Assembly (NCBI GenBank): GCA_963733195.1
Contig: CAVTCR010000062.1
Span: forward strand, 32,001 to 96,000
Source: an uncultured delta proteobacterium
Lineage (GTDB): Bacteria > Desulfobacterota > Binatia > Bin18
Direction of reading: 5' to 3'
DNA length: 64,000 nt
Positions 10,686 through 19,678 of the stretch are shown here, piece by piece; position 1 is the stretch's first letter, and the number at the start of each line of letters is the position of its first letter. The notes beneath the pieces were generated by a model that was not told where the DNA came from, made no database searches, and worked only from the letters and a program-made list of their open reading frames with translations. The translations under genes and the position numbers were made by a program.

Positions 10686-11564
10686 TTATCCACGTCTTTC
10701 CTTCTCATCCAACAGGTGAACGATTGCTGTGTGTCCTTGACTATCAGCAAGGGCCCGTGCATGCTTTCTTTCACTCCGGTGTCGCGCTTCTCCCTTTTGA
10801 GATCTCAGCAGGATCGCTACCGTCTCGGTATGCCCTTGCCATGCCGCATACATGAGCGCCGTCCAATTCTGGAAATCAATGACAGTCGGATCGGCTGCCA
10901 CTCGCAATAATTCCGCAGTGATCACAGTATGCCCTTTCCAAGCGGCATACATGAGCGCTGTCCACCCTCCCATGGTTTTCGTATTTACCTGCACTCCTCG
11001 GTCGAGCAACAGATGAACCATTTCCTTATGCCCGTTGTTTGCCGCCAGCATGAGGGCGGTGATCCCTTTGGCATTTTTTGCATTTGGGTCTGCACCATGC
11101 GCATATAACACAGGGATCAGAGAAATACGGTTATGAAGTGCCGCCAACATTAATGGAGTCCAACCTTGCTGGTCTGTTGTATTCGCAGAAACTCCAGCGA
11201 CCAACAACGCTTTGGCCTGATCGTCCTCCCCAAATTCGATGCTCCGCAATAGCTCTTGCTCATGGGGCACGAGATTTGAAGTGACTTGCCCTGAGCGTAC
11301 CATTAGTGTCTGGTGAGGCACGGTTGAGTACATATCACTACGTCTTCGTGAGTCTGTTACTGATGAAGCAAACGTTCGCCCATTTGCGCTTATGCCGATC
11401 AGCAGCATCACTCCCAGTGTAAAATCCGCCCATCGCCATCCGAGTCCTGAAAACGGCCGAAGTCTCGACATTGCACATCCTATCCATTCTTTTCCTCTCG
11501 TCATACCCACATCAGCTCCATCATCCCGAAAGTGACAACCTCGCGCATCTATGCTCGTCTTCAC
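10686..11564 (-). CDS. Ankyrin repeat protein (start uncertain)
   Basis: GWTPLMLAA, GITALMLAANNGH, GWTALMYAAWKGH, NWTALMYAAWQGH repeats. Confidence 0.88.
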   Translation of the reverse strand: MKTSIDARGCHFRDDGADVGMTRGKEWIGCAMSRLRPFSGLGWRWADFTLGVMLLIGISANGRTFASSVTDSRRRSDMYSTVPHQTLMVRSGQVTSNLVPHEQELLRSIEFGEDDQAKALLVAGVSANTTDQQGWTPLMLAALHNRISLIPVLYAHGADPNAKNAKGITALMLAANNGHKEMVHLLLDRGVQVNTKTMGGWTALMYAAWKGHTVITAELLRVAADPTVIDFQNWTALMYAAWQGHTETVAILLRSQKGEARHRSERKHARALADSQGHTAIVHLLDEKERRG

Positions 11565-12049
11565 TCTTTTTCGATCACAATCTCGACACGACGGTTCCTC
11601 GCCCGCCCTTCTGGGTTATCCGTACCGTCGGGATTCGTATTAGGCGCGACTGGGCGCTCTTCACCATACCCATGTGTGGTTACGCGCTCGCGCCGTAAAC
11701 TATTCACAATGAGTTCATTCGCTACGGTTTCGGCACGGGCTAGTGCCAACGCACGGTTGGCCTCTAGTTGACCAACCGCGTCGGCGTGCCCCTCAACGAC
11801 AAGATTCCTCTTCTCTGCGCGTGGATGGTTGAGGATCACAGCTATCGCATCAACCGTTTTGCGTGCTTCAGGGTTGAGATCCGCACTGCCAAACGTGAAA
11901 AATACGTATGGAAGAGTAACGACGACGCCTCTGTCCGTTTCTTGGACGTCAAGCTGTTGTTCACGTAATTTAGTGACAAGATCCCATTGTTCCGCGCATC
12001 CGGCAAGGAACAGGGCAAGAAAAACAACCCCAGCCAACCGCACCATCAC
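11561..12049 (-). CDS. OmpA-family lipoprotein
   Basis: Lipobox LAGC; EGHADAVG..N..LALARA; RARNRRVEI. Confidence 0.9.
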   Translation of the reverse strand: MMVRLAGVVFLALFLAGCAEQWDLVTKLREQQLDVQETDRGVVVTLPYVFFTFGSADLNPEARKTVDAIAVILNHPRAEKRNLVVEGHADAVGQLEANRALALARAETVANELIVNSLRRERVTTHGYGEERPVAPNTNPDGTDNPEGRARNRRVEIVIEKE

Positions 12050-12267
12050 ACCACCTCCCCTTCATCCTCATCCACTCATCTCACTCCAATAGCGTAGGGT
12101 CGAGGTGCGGAAAGTATAGCTTCTTCTTTTTTGCTTGTCGAACTTTCGTAATAATGACCCACCCCCAGATTTCGTGCGGCTGTCAGACTTGCGATGGGAA
12201 GCAGAGCGAGGTAGGTTCTCACAGGCTCTTATCTTTTTTTCTCAGCTCCCTAAGAAGGAGGCACGTG

Positions 12268-13116
12268 ATGAAGCTTGGATTGTTCGGCATCAATATGAAT
12301 GTGTGTAGTGCCCCAGACGTCGCAGTTCGGACAGCAAAAGCGGCTGAAGTCGCGGGCTTTGAATCCGTCTGGACGGGAGAACACGTTGTTCTTCCCGACC
12401 CGCAAGCACCCCCTTCCCCGCTCCCTCCTCAGTCTCCGTTGCTTGATCCTGCCGTAGCACTTGCATTTATTGCTGCTCATACGACAAAAGTCAGACTCGG
12501 TACGGGCATCATCATTCTCCCACAACGCAACCCGCTCGTCCTGGCAAAGGAACTTGCCAGTGTCGATGTGGTGTCAAAGGGTCGTCTGATTTTCGGTCTT
12601 GGCATCGGCTATCTCAAAGCCGAATTCGACGCTTTGGGAATTCCGTTTGACAAGAAGGGTCCGCGCTCGATGGAGTATCTGCAAGCGATGCAGGCGGTCT
12701 GGACTCAGGAACAACCTGCGTATCAGGGTAAGTTTGTTTCGTTTGGCGGGATTCAAGCCAAACCCCAACCAGTACAGAAACCCTATCCTCCGGTTGTCAT
12801 CGGTGGACACACCCCAGAGGCATTTCGTCGGGCGGTCCAATATGCCAATGGTTGGTACGGCTTCGCTCTTGATCTGACCAAAACAGCTGAGTGTCTGGCT
12901 GGGTTAAAAAAGGCTGCACAAGAAGTGAATCGACCAAAAGCACTCGGGGAACTTGAAATTAGCATTACACCCGGGCCAACTCTCGATCTCGATACGGCAA
13001 AACGCTACGCGGATCTAGGAGTACACCGTGTGATTCCCTTTCCACGCGCCAAGACTGAACAGATCGTCCAGGACTTTATCAAGCAGAGTGCGGATACCTT
13101 GGCTGGGCGAATCTGA
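12268..13116 (+). CDS. LLM-class (probably F420-dependent) oxidoreductase
   Basis: GFESVWTGEHVV, RLGTGIIILPQRNP, PKPVQKP-like motif; RBS AAGGAGG. Confidence 0.88.
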   Translation: MKLGLFGINMNVCSAPDVAVRTAKAAEVAGFESVWTGEHVVLPDPQAPPSPLPPQSPLLDPAVALAFIAAHTTKVRLGTGIIILPQRNPLVLAKELASVDVVSKGRLIFGLGIGYLKAEFDALGIPFDKKGPRSMEYLQAMQAVWTQEQPAYQGKFVSFGGIQAKPQPVQKPYPPVVIGGHTPEAFRRAVQYANGWYGFALDLTKTAECLAGLKKAAQEVNRPKALGELEISITPGPTLDLDTAKRYADLGVHRVIPFPRAKTEQIVQDFIKQSADTLAGRI

Positions 13117-13249
13117 GAACGGCTCGGGATAAGGGGGGAAAAGGGTAAACGGATAGAAAGAGAACGAAGGAATCGTACGACCCTTCTTCATTTCCCCGTT
13201 TATCCATTTATTCCATTATACTCGAAGCGGTGATTTGCAGAATCAGTGA

Positions 13250-13804
13250 TTACAAAATATCAGAGACCAAGAGACTCACTTCACCCGGAAGAAGCAACGT
13301 ATCGCCGGAAACGGCAAACCGTTCCTGGCGATAACGTTGTGTCGCAGGGTCAGGGTCACTAAATACTTCGATGCGACGATCGACGAGATTCACGATCCAA
13401 TACTCTGGAATACCACTCTCTGCATAAGCGGTGACTTTACGCCTCCGATCGTAAGCGAGACTCGACCCTGCTACCTCAATCAGGAGCAGTATGTCACTTG
13501 CTTTTGGGTGCTCGTTTCGGTAGTGGTCCGGATCGAGACGACAAATGGCAATATCTGGCTCCGGTTCACTCCAATCGTTGAGGACAATTGGCACTTGTAT
13601 GCGAACGGTAAAATTTGCCCCAAGTAAACGAATAACCACAGTAGCAAGGCCACTCGTTGTTCCCGCATGTGGAGGATTCTGTGGTGGCATGGTGATGATC
13701 TCTCCGTCGAGCAACTCCACTCGTTCCTCAGCGAATAGTCCAGCCTCGCCCATACGATAGTATTCTTCGCGCGTAAAACGATGCGGTGTCGGTACGGCAA
13801 CCAT
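13250..13804 (-). CDS. Uma2 (DUF820) family endonuclease-like protein
   Basis: VELLDGEIITMPP, EPEPD, IEVA.SSL.YDR..K..YA..GIPEYWIVN. Confidence 0.9.
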   Translation of the reverse strand: MVAVPTPHRFTREEYYRMGEAGLFAEERVELLDGEIITMPPQNPPHAGTTSGLATVVIRLLGANFTVRIQVPIVLNDWSEPEPDIAICRLDPDHYRNEHPKASDILLLIEVAGSSLAYDRRRKVTAYAESGIPEYWIVNLVDRRIEVFSDPDPATQRYRQERFAVSGDTLLLPGEVSLLVSDIL

Positions 13805-13842
13805 GGCGAGATCCTAGATCAGTACAGGTAATCGATCAAGAC

Positions 13843-13874
13843 AAAAAAATCGGGACACGATATCTCGTGCCCCG
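13843..13874 (-). terminator. Rho-independent terminator after nuoG
   Basis: Stem tcggg(a)cacga/tcgtgcccga followed by a U7 tract on the minus strand. Confidence 0.65.
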
Positions 13875-13906
13875 AAAAGAGAAAGCATTTTTTCCAGCGA
13901 CGCGAA

Positions 13907-15487
13907 CTAACTCGCCAGTGATACCCCTTGCGACCCAAGCTTACCGTGGGTAAGACCGGCAAAGGCAGACACTTTCTGTGCTAATTCGCCAAAGACTTCA
14001 GTGATTGATACAGGCTCAACGCCGCCGAGTTTCCCACGTAGAGTTGCAAGCGCCTCCCACCCGGCTTTTGCTTCACCTGGAGGAGGAAATGCCTGACGCG
14101 CACGCTGCACTCGTCCTGCATGATTCGTATAGGTCCCGTCGGTTTCCGGGGCGGTCCCGATCGGCAGGAGCACATCAGCGTACTCTGCTGTCCCACTGTA
14201 GTCAGTATCACAGACAATGACCTCGACGTCGCCTAATGCTTTGTCAAGTTTCTCTTGTGCAAAAGCAGCACTGAGGTCTGCGGCAAAAACTAAGAGGACT
14301 TTGATCTCCCCCTTCTCTGCTGCATTCAACACGTCCGCAGCCGTCGGTCCACCATTTAACAATCCAAGAGCTTGTAACCCCCGCGTGTTCGGGTTCTTGT
14401 CGGCTTTAATCAAGAAATCGTCATGAAACGCATTGGCCGGTGACCACGAAAGGCCAGCCACATTGGCTGTCCCGATCTGTTCTTGTAACAGACGAGAAAA
14501 CAAATATGCCTCCTCATTGGTCGCTTTGGCGCCAATAATCCCGGCAATCGCCTTCGCCCCGTGCTGCTCTTTAGCTTGGGAGACACGTTCGATCACTCTG
14601 TTCATAGCGTGTTCCCAGGAGATCGGCGCAAAGGTATCATTCTCACGGACAACTGGGCGAAGAATCCGGCTTTCCTTCTGTAACTCCTTGTACCAGAGAC
14701 GGCCTTCATCACACATCCAGTACTGATTCACCTCCTGATTGGAACGGGGGCGAAAGCGGAACATCTGCCCACGACGATGGTAAATATCGATGTTGCAGCC
14801 ATTTGCACACTTCGTGCAGACCGACTCAACTTTTTCGAGATACCACACACGCGCCTTGAAACGGAAATCCTTCTGCGTCAGTGCTCCGACCGGACAGACA
14901 TCAACCACATTTACTGAATAGGGGTTCTCGAGTTTCTTACCGGGAAAAAGATCGATGTAGGTGTGATCACCACGAGCAAAAAGACCAAGTTCACTCGTCT
15001 TCGTCACTTCATCAAGAAAGCGGGTACAGCGAGCGCAGAGAATACAGCGCTCTTGGTCGAGCACAACCTCTGGACCAATATCAACCACTTTCTTCTTCTC
15101 AACTTTCGCTTCCAAAGGAATCTGACTGTGGTGTTTGCCATAATCCATGTAGTAGTCTTGCAGTTTACACTCACCAGCCTGGTCACAAATGGGGCAGTCG
15201 ATCGGATGATTTACGAGAATGAATTCCAGGACCGCAGTTTGGGCAGCTTTCGCCTTCGGGCTCGCCGTTTTGACGACCATGCCTTCCGTAACCTTAGTGT
15301 TGCAGGCGATCTGTAACTTGGGCATCTTCTCGATTTCCACCAAGCACATACGGCAGTTGCCGGAGATGCTCAGCCCGGGATGATAACAATAGTGCGGCAC
15401 CTCGATATCAAGCTGTTCTGCCGCTTGGATCACGTTCCATCCGTCCGGGACAGTCACTTTTTTTCCGTCGATTTCGATTGTTGGCAT
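13907..15487 (-). CDS. nuoG: NADH-quinone oxidoreductase subunit G (short form)
   Basis: HYCYHPGLSISGNCRMC, HPIDCPICDQAGECKLQD, RCILCARC, CTKCANGC...C Fe-S motifs. Confidence 0.9.
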   Translation of the reverse strand: MPTIEIDGKKVTVPDGWNVIQAAEQLDIEVPHYCYHPGLSISGNCRMCLVEIEKMPKLQIACNTKVTEGMVVKTASPKAKAAQTAVLEFILVNHPIDCPICDQAGECKLQDYYMDYGKHHSQIPLEAKVEKKKVVDIGPEVVLDQERCILCARCTRFLDEVTKTSELGLFARGDHTYIDLFPGKKLENPYSVNVVDVCPVGALTQKDFRFKARVWYLEKVESVCTKCANGCNIDIYHRRGQMFRFRPRSNQEVNQYWMCDEGRLWYKELQKESRILRPVVRENDTFAPISWEHAMNRVIERVSQAKEQHGAKAIAGIIGAKATNEEAYLFSRLLQEQIGTANVAGLSWSPANAFHDDFLIKADKNPNTRGLQALGLLNGGPTAADVLNAAEKGEIKVLLVFAADLSAAFAQEKLDKALGDVEVIVCDTDYSGTAEYADVLLPIGTAPETDGTYTNHAGRVQRARQAFPPPGEAKAGWEALATLRGKLGGVEPVSITEVFGELAQKVSAFAGLTHGKLGSQGVSLAS

Positions 15488-15498
15488 TTGTTCCTCAG

Positions 15499-15585
15499 GT
15501 CAGTTGTCAGTGGCCAGTTTTCAGTTACCAGTGAGGAAGTTTTGATTCCTTTTTACTGACAACTGATTACTGAGAACTGACAACT
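15499..15585. repeat. 7-nt periodic inverted repeat (CAGTTNT / ACTGANA) in the nuoF-nuoG spacer
   Basis: gtcagttgtcagtggccagttttcagttaccagt ... actgacaactgattactgagaactgacaac. Confidence 0.85.
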
Positions 15586-15593
15586 TCTTTCAT

Positions 15594-16900
15594 TCACGCG
15601 GCATGCTGGTGGTGACGCTGCACGCTGTCTTCCTTCTTAAACGGACACCGTCCAAGAGTCACATGCGCAACGAATTCATCCTTGAACTTTGACAAGAAAG
15701 CTCTGCGTCGGCATCGCCGCAGCATCAGCCAACACACAGACAGTATTTCCCGTCATGTTGGTCGAAATCTGTATCCATCAGCTCGATGTCTTCGAGCTTG
15801 CCATTGCCTTCTTCGAGGCGGACTAACAGTTTGTGGAGCCAGCCAGTCCCTTCGCGACACGGTGAACACTGGCCACAGGACTCATGATGATAAAAGCGAT
15901 CAATAATTTCCAGAGCTTTCACCATGCAGGTATCTTCATCCATGACGATCACACCCGCCGAGCCAAGAAAGGCGTTAATCTTGCGCATGGAATCGAAATC
16001 CATCGGCGCATCGATCTGGTCAGGCGTCAGTAGCGGGAAAGAGGAACCACCGGGCATCACCGCTTTGAGTTTTTTACCGCCACGGATACCGCCGCAATGG
16101 TCATACAGCAGCGTCCGCAATGGAATCCCCATCGGCAGCTCGTAGAGGCCAGGTTTCTCAACATGTCCGCTCACGCAGAAAAGTTTCGGTCCCGGACCAC
16201 TTTCCGGTCCAATCGATTTGAACCACTGGGCACCATTCTGAATAATCATTGGGACGCACGCCAGCGTTTCGACATTGTTGACAATGGTCGGACAGCCGAA
16301 TAATCCGTATACCGCCGGAAACGGGGGTTTGATGCGCGGATACGCACGCTTGCCTTCAAGCGATTCGATCAGACCAGTCTCTTCACCGCAAATGTACGCA
16401 CCAGCACCACGGTGCACATACACATCCAGATCATAGCCAGTGCCAAAGATATTCTTGCCGAGATAGCCTTTGGCGTACGCCTCAGCAATTTGCTCTTCTA
16501 GCCGTTGGGCGCCAAAGACAAACTCGCCACGAATGTAAATGTAGCAAACGTGCGACTTAATTGCGTAAGCAGAGATCAAACACCCTTCAAGCAGGATGTG
16601 CGTATTCCACTCGATAAGCGCTCGATCTTTGAACGTGCCCGGTTCACTTTCGTCGGCATTGCAGCACAGGTAGACAGGTTTCTGGGAGTCCTTGGGAAGA
16701 AATCCCCACTTCATGCCGCAACCAAAACCGGCTCCACCACGGCCACGCAGGTTCGAGGCTTTGACCTGGTCAACGACTTCTTCCGGCTTCATCGTGGTTA
16801 GTGCTTTACGGGCAGCTTCGTAACCACCGTGTGCGAGATAGACATCGAGTTGATGAAAGTTAGGAATATCAAGATGGCGCAGCAATACCTTTTCGGCCAT
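15594..16900 (-). CDS. nuoF: NADH-quinone oxidoreductase subunit F (frameshift near the C-terminus)
   Basis: LRGRGGAGF, NADESEPGTFKDR, GAGAYICGEET, ESCGQCSPCREG; corrected end ...QRHHQHAA*. Confidence 0.92.
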
Positions 16901-16987
16901 GCATCATGCCTCGTTTCACATAAAGTGTAAGTCGTTGGGAATCATAGAAAAAATGCAGAGAGAGCATATCGACCCAGGTTTTTACTG

Positions 16988-17826
16988 TCAACGGTATTCG
17001 CTACTAGCATAGGCATTCGCGAGCACTGCAAACTCCACTAGGCTCAACGTCTCACCTCGTCGCTGGAAATCGATACCGGTTTTCTTACTCACTTCATCGA
17101 GATTCTCGTAACCAGCGGATCGCAAGGTATTCCGCAATGTTTTCCTCCGTTGTGCAAAAGCCGCTTTCACAAGGCGGCGAAACCCTGCTTCATCTTCTAC
17201 CGCCGCTCGGGGCTGTTGTTGAAATTCAATACGGATCACTTGCGATTCGACCTTGGGTGGCGGAAAAAAACTCCGTGGACTAACGGTACACACCGTCGAG
17301 ACTGTCCCATAGAGTTGGGTCAGAACAGATGGTACTCCGTAGGCTTTTGTTCCTGGTGCCGCCGTTAATCGTTCGGCAACTTCCTTCTGAATCATCACTG
17401 TCGCAGTACGGAATTTGTTTCGATGCTCCAGCAGCCGAAAGAGGATCGGGGTCGCGACGTTGTAGGGCAAGCTTGCTACCACGTGAATTTCCGGTTCGGG
17501 AAATGTCGCAGCCAGATCGAGCGCAAGAAAATCGGCAGTGACGACATGCACTGTTCGTTCTTGGCGAACTGTTTCTCTAATCGAGCAGCCAGAACAGTAT
17601 CGACATCAACGAGATACAGACGTGCAGCCCGTGCAGCTAGCTCGCGGGACAGTACACCAAGACCAGGACCGATTTCGAGGATTGTATATTGAGGACGAAT
17701 CTGTGCAGCTTCTACCATCCGTTGGACAATCGCTGGATTGACAAGAAAGTGTTGGCCAAGCTGCTTGTGTGGGCGTACACCCAAATCTGCCAGCGCAAAG
17801 CGCGTTTCTTGTAGAAGAGTAGTCAC
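16988..17826 (-). CDS. rsmA: 16S rRNA m6,2A dimethyltransferase (frameshift near 17545)
   Basis: KQLGQHFL, EIGPGLG, SLPYNVATPIL, QKEVAER, FFPPPKVES, QRRKTLRN. Confidence 0.92.
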
Positions 17827-17829
17827 GCG

Positions 17830-18864
17830 CTAAAGCGGAAGTGTCGCCGATGCGTTAAGTTGTAGAGATGCTCGCTGTCCACATGCCAACCGCCACGCCC
17901 CAGCAAAAGCAATCATTGCTGCGTTGTCGGTGCACAATTTTAGCGACGGAAAAAAGACAGGAATATTTGTACTTTCCCCCTTTTTCACCATCTGCTGACG
18001 CAGACGCGAATTGGCAGAGACTCCACCAGAGACAACAATGCGTTTTACCCCAAGATCACGGGCAGCTCGAAACGTTCCTTCCATCAGCATATCAACAATC
18101 GCTTCTTGATAACTCGCAACAATATCCTCGTCTCGACAAGTACTACGTTCCGGAGTGGCGAGAAACTGGCGCAGGGCGGTTTTGAGCCCGCTAAAGCTGA
18201 AATCGTACTTTCCTGTCCCTTCGACGGAGTTTATCCTGAGCGAAGTCGAAGGGTCGGAAGGTTTTAAGTGGGCACGAGGAAATCGTATTGCATGTGGGTC
18301 TCCCTGCTGCGCCAGTCGATCGATAATTCGGCCGCCAGGGTATCCAAGACCAAGCATTTTTGCCCCCTTGTCGAAGGCTTCACCTGCTGCGTCGTCTCGG
18401 GTTGCACCAAGCAAACGATATTCCCCCCAGTTAGCAGCCAAGTATAATGCCGAATGACCACCAGACACCAACAGACAAAGGAAAGGAAATTCTACGTTTT
18501 CCTGAAGCAACGCCGCCAACAGGTGACCTTCAAGATGGTTCACTCCTATCAACGGGAGTTGTTGCGCCATTGCTAAGGCTTTCGCAACTGATACACCAAC
18601 AAGCAACGATCCCACTAGACCAGGACCGCATGTCACAGCAATACCGTCAAGCTGTTCAAGCCGCACCTGCGCTTGCGCGAGTGCTTGGTCGATGATCGGC
18701 AGAATATTCTCCATGTGATGCCGTGAGGCAAGTTCAGGAACAACTCCACCATAGCAGCCATGGACGTGGTCTTGTGACGACACAATACTGGCACGAATCT
18801 CTGTCCCGTGCAGCACTGCTGCCGCAGTATCATCACAGGAAGTCTCTATTCCGAGCACAAACAA
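17830..18864 (-). CDS. tsaD: tRNA N6-threonylcarbamoyltransferase TsaD (start uncertain)
   Basis: LGIETSCDD, GGVVPELASRHH, HLEGH, SGGH, DDAAGEAFDK, FSFSGLKT, CTDNAAMIA. Confidence 0.95.
   Translation of the reverse strand: MFVLGIETSCDDTAAAVLHGTEIRASIVSSQDHVHGCYGGVVPELASRHHMENILPIIDQALAQAQVRLEQLDGIAVTCGPGLVGSLLVGVSVAKALAMAQQLPLIGVNHLEGHLLAALLQENVEFPFLCLLVSGGHSALYLAANWGEYRLLGATRDDAAGEAFDKGAKMLGLGYPGGRIIDRLAQQGDPHAIRFPRAHLKPSDPSTSLRINSVEGTGKYDFSFSGLKTALRQFLATPERSTCRDEDIVASYQEAIVDMLMEGTFRAARDLGVKRIVVSGGVSANSRLRQQMVKKGESTNIPVFFPSLKLCTDNAAMIAFAGAWRLACGQRASLQLNASATLPL
18217..18253. repeat. CCCTTCGAC-type REP-like palindrome inside tsaD
   Basis: CCCTTCGAC-ggagtttatcctgagcgaa-GTCGAAGGG; related intergenic copies at 45609 and 46829. 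Confidence 0.85.
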
Positions 18865-18868
18865 TGGC

Positions 18869-19672
18869 TTACTGTGAAACGGTATCGTCAGAATCCGGCT
18901 CCTCTCCTGCGAGGCGCGCGAGTGCACTCATCGCGCGTAAATTCTGCGGAAACAGCTGCAAACTCTTCCGGTATGCTCTACGTGCCTGCAGTAGCTCACC
19001 TAAATCTTCATACACCGCGCCCTGGGCACCCATCGCCTCACTTCGCCACGCCTGATCTCCACGGATCAACAGGATGTCAGCTTTTCGTAACAGGGGAAGC
19101 GCTTTTTGATGTTCGCCGCGATTCAGCGCTAATTTGCCTAAGAAGTAATAGCTATACGGCTGCAGCGGAGCAACTTCGATGGCCCGTTCAAAGAGCGTTC
19201 GTGCTCGCGCAAAATCCTCCTTGTCCATCGCTTCGATTCCTGCCGCAACGAAACTCACTGCAACCTGCTCGCGTGGTAGCAAAGAATTCATGTCGGGAAG
19301 AGCCGGTGGACCACTTGTCACGACTAGGGACTCTTCGGGACTACTCTCATCAGGAGATATGTTGGGATCAGACGAGAGTGACGTTGGAGCGTCTTCTGAC
19401 GGAACAGATGGTATAGCACCTGAATCTCGATGAGAAAAATCCTCTTCACTTTCAGGATACCGATCACGTCTTTCCTCATCAGCACCGTCCTCATCTGCGA
19501 ATTCATCATCTGGCGCGACTCTTCGCGAATCAGGAGGTAGATCCTCTTCGTCAAACGTTTGCTCTGAATCCTCCAGTGAATGTTCCTGTGCATACGGTTG
19601 CCGTTCCGAAATGGACAGCGAGAGTACTAATAGAGTAACCGCAGCGACAGTGATGCTTTTTACGTATTGCAT
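18869..19672 (-). CDS. Exported TPR protein with acidic disordered N-region
   Basis: Signal peptide, D/E-rich linker, three TPR-like helical pairs; downstream of the PBP1B gene. Confidence 0.75.
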   Translation of the reverse strand: MQYVKSITVAAVTLLVLSLSISERQPYAQEHSLEDSEQTFDEEDLPPDSRRVAPDDEFADEDGADEERRDRYPESEEDFSHRDSGAIPSVPSEDAPTSLSSDPNISPDESSPEESLVVTSGPPALPDMNSLLPREQVAVSFVAAGIEAMDKEDFARARTLFERAIEVAPLQPYSYYFLGKLALNRGEHQKALPLLRKADILLIRGDQAWRSEAMGAQGAVYEDLGELLQARRAYRKSLQLFPQNLRAMSALARLAGEEPDSDDTVSQ

Positions 19673-19678
19673 AAATGC

